Position numbers and translations under genes: made by a program. A stretch of DNA of 63,691 bases, counting the filler, from Phoronis australis (lineage: Eukaryota; Animalia; Phoronida): the NCBI GenBank assembly GCA_002633005.1. It is 5 parts of 5 records of this genome, joined end to end, with 100 filler letters (N's around TTAATTAATTAA, not from the genome) between each part and the next. Parts side by side here need not be neighbours in the genome. Positions count along the whole stretch, not along the records: positions 48,930 to 56,881 come from NMRA01000224.1; positions 56,982 to 60,903 come from NMRA01002771.1; positions 61,004 to 63,691 come from NMRA01003493.1; 2 more parts are not named here. One strand, given 5' to 3'. Below, in pieces: positions 55,001-63,691 of this stretch. Numbering within the stretch: the first letter of the stretch is position 1; every line of letters starts with the position of its first letter. The notes beneath the pieces were generated by a model that saw nothing but the letters and a program-made list of their open reading frames with translations, ran no database searches and was not told the origin of the DNA.

Positions 55001-56714
55001 CTTTTAAAATATTCCTGACGAAAATACAATCTCGAAACGTTTACTACAGATTTATTCACGTCTCCTGTGAGGGAATTTGGAGAAAAATCACGCCAAGGAC
55101 TCAACTCTAATCTCTGGCCCCCTTAAAATAAATGCGCTCACAATAATTGACAAATAGCTGTCTGACAAGGAGGCACTGAACAGTTCTCACAGGGATTTAC
55201 CTATCAGAACACACGTCAATGGACTCTTCACCCTTTCTTCACTCTGTCAAAAACTGCATGCAAATAAAGAAAAGTTTCGAGTCATTTCACATCACAAGTC
55301 CTACAGATGAGCACAGAAACTTTGTTCTCTCTTGTATTTTTGACCCTTTCACTCCCAGTGGAAACCAAGCTAGACTAAGAAAAATAAGGACAAAAAATGC
55401 TAAATCGGCACTTTTCACCCCAAAACCACCACTTCCCTGCCGATGCTCGACTAAAGCCAACATAAGATTCCGAAAGAAAATTTCCTACCGATTCCAAAAA
55501 TGTGGTCCAAAAGTACTGTCAGCCAACTAGATTTTTTGCAAATCAGGCTTGTTTGAGGGCTCCCTGAAATCGCGGCCAATTTCTCAGTTACACAACTGCA
55601 ACAGGGGGCCACCATCTTGAAGAAGTCGCCATGTTGTTTTGTTTATATCAAAGGTCACATTTTTCGAAAGAGAAATGTTCTACGTCTTTGTCTTCCCATA
55701 CCAGTTTAGGAGAGGTGCTTTGCCTTGTGTGAGAATAATAGACGAAGAGACGAGAAGTTGACATCGTTTTTTAAATACTTTGTCATCAACAAGAATTTTA
55801 ATTTAAATTTTGACGAAGAAAATAGAAACAATACCTGGTGAACAGGTTGAATTCTGTTTTAGTTGCAGAGAACCACTCTAAATAATGCAATTTATTCTAT
55901 TTTATCGTCGCAGGACTTTTTAAATGCAACTTTTTTCGAGAACACGGTGAGAAACTTATTCTCGTTCAACACTTAAACTGAGAGAAAAAAAGTATCATTT
56001 TGTGTTATTTCAGGTATTCTTGTTCACGTATTGAGGAAATTAATCATGGAAGATTCTCGATATCAACCATTGGTGATTGCCTTCTTAGGTGGTTTGTCGT
56101 CGCTACGTATTTCAAAAGCTAGTTATATATACACGCACGACTTGTAAATGGCCGGGTGGCTATCAAAGCGACACCTCTTTGTCTTCCGGAAAAGCATTTC
56201 TGAATAAAAGAGTTTCAAGTAATCGTCGGAGACTCCTTGACAGGATCAGGTAGGCTGCTCTACAGTTTTGGTTTACAGACACAAGCACTGGTCACATGAC
56301 TCCTGACACCTGGTGGTTGTTCAGATAACAAATGGTTTTGTTCCAATTTCATCGTTTTCTTAAATAAAAAATAGTAATAGCATGTTTTTCTCGTGGTGTT
56401 TGCTTTGGCTAAAAAGTACGATCCTTACCCCCTTGATCCTTGCGTAAGCAAGCACGTGCTCCACATGCTGTTATTGAACCACGTAAGGTAACTCCTAACG
56501 TTTCACATAGTGACAGTTTGCTGTGGTGCAGTTGGCAGTCGGGTGTGTTGAATCAACAGGTAGATTTTAACCAATAATACCCAAAGCAATCAAACTTAAG
56601 TCGTTGTCCCAGACTATCAAATGTATTGTCAACTAAGCGTCTATTACGCTCGACCTCACTCTTCTACTACGAAAACGACCCCGAACTGAGCACTTACGTA
56701 ATGTTTACTGCACA

Positions 56715-56881
56715 ATGAAGAACTCATGTTGTGATATCCAAGTTATCATTGAGCAAAGTCTTTTGACTGCTGGTGACATAGAGGTCAATCCAGGACCAGG
56801 CACTCAGGGTTTAGCCAGCTTCAAGGTCTTATTCACTAATATCAACAGTATCAAGGCGAACAATCTTTCAAGATTTGATCT
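56715..56881 (+). mobile_element. Start of a non-LTR retrotransposon ORF2: 2A-like peptide followed by the APE endonuclease N-terminus (cut by a gap)
   Basis: LLTAGDIEVNPGP followed by KVLFTNINSIK (APE motif I). Confidence 0.75.
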
Positions 56882-57644
56882 NNNNNNNNNNNNNNNNNNN
56901 NNNNNNNNNNNNNNNNNNNNNNNNNTTAATTAATTAANNNNNNNNNNNNNNNNNNNNNNNNNNNNNNNNNNNNNNNNNNNNACTTGTGCACCTTCGGACT
57001 ATTGCACTTTCGGACTTCATATCCGGTCTCAGAAATGACTCATGTGAGCAGATACAAATGCTTTGTGTTCTGCAATGGAACTCACTGTAAGGAATTAAAT
57101 GCTTTTAACACTTTTAATTTTGTATAAGGTGCTATGAAAATCATACTTTATGATTTTCTTGAAAATAATAAAAGTGTCATAAAACGAAAACAACAAGACA
57201 ATTTAGAAAACAGCGTTTTTGAGATTTCAGAGCAGTGACCAGATCTATTCCGAGTTCTGATGTCTGAACACGAAACTAATTCCTGTTCTACTTTTGTGCA
57301 AACCCAAGCTAAGAGTCTGTTACTCTGTACTTGATTATGATGTCAATTTCAAGTTTGGTAACCCCTAGATTCTAGGTACAAACTAGTGCCAACTCGAAAT
57401 CTCGAGTAAAAACTTGAAATTTCAATCTTAATTAGACTCGAAATTTTATTTCAGTGCGCGGGTCATCAAATGCAAATTAGGGATAGACATGCAGTCACCC
57501 GTGTAAATTATTTCAGTAGCCTGTTTGACCGGCTATTAACAGAACAGAGAAAATTTGATGGCCTAATTAGACAGACTCTAGCATAACGCACAGTGTGAGC
57601 GTTGTAGTCACGCGCATAGTGAGCGTAACCAATGCAGTTGACGT

Positions 57645-58235
57645 GGGTGAACTAAATGCCGATATTAGCGCAGATGAAATAGTAAAGACCATTAAAAGAC
57701 AAAAAAATTAATAAATCTGCCGGAGACGACGGTATACTGGCTGAATTCTATAAGAGCTTTCCTGAAGCCCTAGTAAAACTTCTCCACTAACTCTTTTTAA
57801 TAGAATTTTCAATACCGGGCACTGTCCGATGGTTAAAAAGTATTATTGTGCCGTGTCACAAAAAGGGAGACAGAGCTAATCCAAATAAGTATAGAGGGAT
57901 CTCCGTTATAGTTAATGAAATGTTTACAACTATTCTTTATTCTGATTGTTGAATGGTCGAATAATCTGAAATGTATCCCGGAAGAACAGACAGGCTTCCG
58001 GACTGGGTATTCTACAGTCGATAACATTTTTAACCTACAGAGTATCATCCAGAAACACGTCACTAAACGGAAGCGGAGGGTATATTGCGTATTCATTGAT
58101 TTTAGCAAGGCATTTGATAGAGTAGAAGTTTCCCCGTTTATTTTATGCCCTTTTAACCAAAGGTTTGAATGGAAAAATGTTTAGCATTTTGCGCAGTATG
58201 TACGACTCTGTACAATCGTGTGTTATGGTGCAGTC
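57645..58235 (+). mobile_element. Decayed LINE reverse transcriptase fragment (RTEX/CR1-like)
   Basis: KSAGDDGILAEFYK, IVPCHKKGD..NPNKYRGIS, EEQTGFRTGYSTVDNIFNL, YCVFIDFSKAFDRV; frameshifted. Confidence 0.9.
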
Positions 58236-59568
58236 ACAGACCGCGCCCTATTTTAATCTGTATACATGACGACGACTCATGTTCATGATATGAGACAGAA
58301 TTTGCAATACCAGAAACGAGGATGCTGTGTCTGCCCATTATGAATTTACCGTCAGCATGTACTGAACTTAAAAGAACAGAAACGTTCAAACGTGTACACG
58401 CATGCATGTCAATCCACCAATCCACATACAAAGTGGACAAATAGTTGCATATTTGACGATCACTTTCAATTCAAAATTTGAAAATGCCTACACATCTACA
58501 GTACTATGGTTGCAATTAAACCAAAAACAGCAGAATAGCAAATCTCAATTTTTCTGCTGTTTTGTTTCTTGGCCGAGTTTAAGGCATTCACACCGCACTA
58601 CTTTTTGGGAGCTCTCTCGTTACTATATATACATAACATGAAGCTCACTTAGGTCTTAGGGCTAGACTTTTATGCTTAGGTATAGACATTTACTTGTGGA
58701 CTCACTTGTTACCCTTTGTTGTAGCCACCACGCGCGTGGTTTATGAATAACCTAAAGCCTCCTCTTATCGTATGCACGATCTAGAACAGCGGCACTCGGG
58801 CGAAGTTTCCCGACAACGGCCCGATGCCACGTGACGCGCTTTGAATCAGAAGCAAATTCAAAATTATTGCTAACTTAGTTATCATTGTAGTTAGCTCCAG
58901 TAGCTGCAACAATTTTGTTGCATGTTATTGTCCACGAATATGCTGGGGGTGGACCTTTTCAGCGGGGGAGGGGTTCCATCGAACCCACCGAACCCTCCTC
59001 CCCCGGTTACGGACCTGTGCTGTTAATAATAAAAGTAAAAAGGTGAAACATCCTTTATTTATTTCAACTGCAATTCAGTCACTATTTCCAAAACGATTAG
59101 TACATAGTGGTTGGATACCCCCTCCCCCAAGTGGATGCCCTGGGCCGTCGCCACGGTGACTGAGCACCATATACAACATCTATGGTTAATTAATTCGAAC
59201 GTGTTTTATATTCACTTTGAAGACAAAAAGCGAACAGTTCCATTGCCCGCATATCAGTGTCGTGCAAATGAATTGATTGTCAATCCTGGTATTACTTGGG
59301 TGCAGAACCAGCGTCGTCACACTCGGGGCAGACCCATAGATGCTCGGCTTTCCACGTCATCAAGGCAGACAAGGTCCTTTGACTAACCACTCCAACCAAC
59401 TGCTGATTACACATTCGTCTTGCCCGGCCTGCAACTGACTATCAGCACCACAACCTCTCTCATACCCAAACAGCTGCATTCTGTCGTGCAATTGCATCTC
59501 CATTCTCCCGTGTCTCCACCTCTCTAAGCGCTCCGAGAATCTCCCTCTCTCCCAATCTGAGGGCGCGA

Positions 59569-59700
59569 GGAGGCAGTGTGGCCTGGTTGATAAGTACCCG
59601 CTTTCATTCCTCGAGGTCGTGGGTTCGAATCCCACCATGTCACACTGCTAAATCCTTGAGCCAGGTTTCTAGCTCCTCAGCTCGGTTTTAACCACATATT
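59569..59700 (+). mobile_element. tRNA-derived SINE
   Basis: A-box TGGCCTGGTTG and B-box GGTTCGAATCC, followed by a CCTTGAGCCAGG core-like segment; no intact cloverleaf. Confidence 0.7.
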
Positions 59701-60423
59701 AATAAAGCATAAAAATATTTCCAGGTGATCAGTGCAATGGGCCCACATGCGAGGCCTGCGCACGTCTGGTACAACGTGTATCAGACCGCCTGCAATTATA
59801 TTTTTTTTAATCTGAGGGCGCCATGTATCGGTGCATTTCCCGCTAACTTGTCAGCTTTCTCATTTCCGGCGACCCCGGCATGCCCAGGGGAGATTGTCAA
59901 TCTAACTAAACTGAAAAACTATCAGGACTCGTTATACCCACGAATTGTGAATAACAGGTTCGCAACATGAACAGAATGTTTTATCTACGTTTGATAGTTT
60001 CCACGACTCGAAATTTCGAGGCTCGAATTTATAACTTTTATTAATGCTGACATCATTAGCGCAAATTGGGATTACGTAATCGGTCACGAAAATCATGTTA
60101 CACGAGCTCTGAATAATGGACACTTATTTTGAGTTCGTACTTAAGTAGAAGGCAAAATGTTTAAAATACAGCTTCGAGTAAAAAGATTAGACCCGAGGCC
60201 CAGATGTTCTGGTCGATGTTTTGCTGAACCGTGTTAGAAACTATTTCATAAACCAACCTCCCAGTAGAACCATACGTGCTCCATGTGTCGATGTTGGCTA
60301 ATGAAGGTCTTAAACGGCATTCCTCTCTCGATTTGTAAAACTTATTAGGTGTTCAAAACTTGTGAAAACAAAAGTATAAGATGAAGATTTTTTTAAATTC
60401 CCATTCATTTGCAGTTCGACCGA

Positions 60424-60629
60424 ATGCCCGTCAAGATCGCAGTAGTTGGGGCAGGCGCGCCCGGTTTGTCTTCTGCTCTCCGAATACTACAATCCTTCCC
60501 TTCAGTAGAAGTTACTGTTATTGCTGACAAGTTTGAAAATGAGACTACAAGCTGGGGTGCTGCTGGAATTGTAGCTCCCTTCGTAGAATTAGGAAAAACT
60601 GCCAGCGAGAATAAAACCGAGAGAGTCAG
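60424..60629 (+). CDS. D-amino-acid oxidase / D-aspartate oxidase family, first coding exon
   Basis: MPVKIAVVGAGAPGLSSALRI (FAD-binding GxGxxG), VTVIADKF..ETTSWGAAG (DAO/DDO motif); tttgcAG acceptor at 60414, phase-2 GTAAAC donor; later exons not securely found. Confidence 0.87.
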
Positions 60630-63600
60630 GTAAACCTGTTGACACATCTCCTGGTAGTGTGGACATGGAATAAAATCACCTCCACCCCCTTTTAGTCTGG
60701 GAAGTAGCGACGGGAGTTGGAGGGGAGTGCCGGGTGCGGCGAAAATGTTCGACATATTGTCTCGGGTAGTCGAAGTGTTTTGTCTGGAAGTTGGATGTTT
60801 GAATGTGCAGAGGTACTTTCACAATTCTGTAAGTGAGGTATTTAATGCAATTTGACCAACAATTTGTTTATAATTGCTTATAAAGTTTTTTCTCAAAAGT
60901 AATNNNNNNNNNNNNNNNNNNNNNNNNNNNNNNNNNNNNNNNNNNNNTTAATTAATTAANNNNNNNNNNNNNNNNNNNNNNNNNNNNNNNNNNNNNNNNN
61001 NNNATTCGATCTGTCACCCGATCCCCAAATAACGAACTTTGCTTATCTAAAATATCGGTCTCAAGTCAGAGGATGTTGATTAATGTCGGACAGCTCTACA
61101 ATCAGAGTCCCAAAATATTCTCAAAGTTCAAATGACAATAAATGAATTGCTTATTGACTTAGGAAGGAGAGTAGAGGTTTAAATTCACAAAACGACTAGA
61201 TTGAAAATTAATTTTAAGCAAATTAAACAAATTCAGCTCATAACTTGGAAAGAATGGTCTTTGCACTTCCTTGTTGTTTTTAGTTTCCAGTAGTAGGCCT
61301 AGCTATTTTCGTTCTTCAAAATTGAATCGTTTGTTTGCCATTCCCGTGAAGACTGATGTATCGACATTCAAAATAAGACGTAACCATGCAGTAGGTCTGA
61401 CGCAGTCTCAGAGATCCATGGGAACTGAATTTGAACGACCGACGTATGATGCACTGTGTGTACACTACTGGTTTTCGGCAGTGTCGGGACACCTTTTGAA
61501 TCATTTTCGAACCCCCAGAAACTGGACAACCCGTTTTTCAACTAAAGGGATGTTGAAACAACCACAAAGGCACTTTATCAGTAGGTATCTCGGGACGTCG
61601 CCCTTTCAAAAACACTTTCAAAGACTGACCCTAATAGTAATAAAACGAACTCAAACTGCGGGATCATGAATCTTGACTAACCGCGGAGCCAGCGCAGACG
61701 GATGGATCGATAGGTACGAGCTTAGCGGCTTGTATCGAGTCAAGTGGATCATAACTGAGTTGCTCAGCGCCTAACCTGACTCCCATGAAACCCCCCGCAG
61801 AAGATCTGCCTCGATCTGTTTACACTTTTGAATTAGTTGTTAGTTGAGGCGTTTTTCAAAATGCTATAATTCGGCTCTGGCCTTAAGTGCGTATTAATAC
61901 ATTATATTCGCTTTTCCACTCATTTAGTTTATTTAGTTGAACAAGGTTAAAAATCAGCAAAATTAGCAAAAAATGCGTTTAAAAAACATTTGAAAAGATT
62001 CTTGTCGATTAATATCACACAATATATCACATTTAGTTGCTTTGTTTTTAAACTATTCCAACCGCGCATTAATTACGGTAGTGACTTGACAAAAGTTTGT
62101 TTTCGTTTTGCAACGTGGTCGGGCATTTCCAAGCATGATGATCTTCGAATAGACGGCTGCTTTGGCGGTGTTTAGTGCAGCGAGAAGGTACAGGCAGTGG
62201 TCGAGCTGCCGGCTGGTGGACAGACGTAGTGATGTTCAGTAACACCTGATCGCTACGTTGTCCACTTTCCAGGTCGGCCTGGCGGCGATCCAGTTTCGTC
62301 AGCCGAGTGTCAATAAATTCATTTCGGTACACCAGTTCTTATGACTACAAATCACCTAGACATCTGCAGTTTGCTACAATCAGTTTCAATAAACCTCTGA
62401 TGCAATCTACATAGGATGTAGTAAATCATTGCTATTCATTTTATTGCTCTAAAAAGTCAGTTTGAAAACATTTTTTCTTTTTCACTGCATTTTGATTCAT
62501 CTGTTCGTATATGTTACAGAGACCTTGTTGAAAATTCGAGGTCTTCTATGGACTGATGTCTATGGCAGCAACAACCAGCTGGAAGAACTCAGACCACTCA
62601 GGGATCACATGGGCGTCCACATTCAGTTGAAGAGGTACTGTATGTGTTCAACCGATCGAGCTAGGATGTGGGTATTTGGTGTTTTGGGTTCAAGTCATCT
62701 TATAGCCAAGATCTGCTGATAGAGATAGTTGCCAGCAGCAGACTATGCAAGGACCTGTCTGGTTTCATTGACAGTTCATGGACTCGGTGAAAATTTTGTC
62801 TTATTGGCAGCACCTGAGTACTATTGGCTTGGTGGACCGTCTCCACCTGAATGAGCCAAGCTGATTATAGCGTAGTTGAATATTGACAAAGTTAGACAAT
62901 TTGTCTACTGAGGTGCTAAATCTTGACCATGTCATTTTTGAACTATTGATAAATGCGGAATTGAGTGTTTATAGAAACTAATATGATGTGTTTCGAGCTA
63001 ATAGCCAAGCTATGTATATATGTGCCCAGGATGTACGTGTACAATAGGACTTCAGTCCCTTTACCAGTGATATTGGTGAATGAAATCTGACTGTTATGAA
63101 CAAATACTATTTTATTTTCCAGAGGAGTGGCTGGCTCCCAGGAGTGTAAGATGTAAGTTATTGGTAGCCTATTTCACATTTTATCTTTCTTAAAGTTCTA
63201 GACTGAATCTATGATGAATATGTTCTATTTGGTCAGACGTGAAAATGTGAAATGGCAATGAAATAGTATGAATAACACATTGTGCCTTAATCCCAATAGA
63301 GCATAAAAAAGATTTTATACCTCTGGTCTTTCGACTCATTTTATTTCTTGTTAATCTTATTTAATTCTGGAGGTTAAATGTGCATGTTACATCTTGGAAA
63401 TCTTTCCTGGCTTAATGTTCTGCTTCAGAAGCAAAGAGATGACGCTTTTATGATATTATAAATTGATAGGCTGCAGCTAGATAAACTCAGGACTTGATTT
63501 TTTTAAAAATAAACATTTAGGATGAGATATTTGTGACTGCATGAAGAAAATTGAAAGTAGAAAAAGTGAAAGTAGTGGACAATGCAGTGTTCCTCCATGT

Positions 63601-63691
63601 CAATCAAGCTAGTAATTCCAGCCAGTCCGGTTTTGTGAATATGTAAACACATCAGTAGGCTGACATCTGCAGTCCTACAAACATTGGTTCT

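Noticed and set aside
59569-59645. tRNA gene
   Set aside because: A and B boxes are present but the acceptor and anticodon stems do not pair, and it runs into a SINE-like body
62520-63152. Further DAO exons (62520-62634 LLWTDVYG...; ~63123-63152)
   Set aside because: Splice signals exist but similarity to DAO is marginal and the first is out of phase with the first coding exon

Overview
AT-rich, intron- and repeat-rich animal genomic DNA with five assembly gaps; abundant TACATGTA and the element types suggest a marine invertebrate (inference). Three genes can be built from splice-consistent exons. (1) A minus-strand multi-exon death-fold gene (~26.2 kb to ~8.4 kb) whose exons read ankyrin-like tail, ZU5/UPA-like, linker, death effector domain (DED), linker; both ends are unresolved. 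(2) A plus-strand CIMIP2/FAM166-family ciliary microtubule inner protein gene with five phase-matched exons (38662-42142), first exon not found, and an RFX X-box upstream. (3) The first coding exon of a D-amino-acid/D-aspartate oxidase (60424-60629). Also present: a broken death-domain-like exon, decayed L1/Tx1 and other LINE fragments (one with a 2A-like DIEVNPGP motif), a THAP remnant, hAT- and Harbinger-like MITEs, a tRNA-derived SINE, a Penelope-like hammerhead relic and several tandem repeats. Most short ORFs in the track are noise. All domain calls are by-eye motif recognition; no searches were run.
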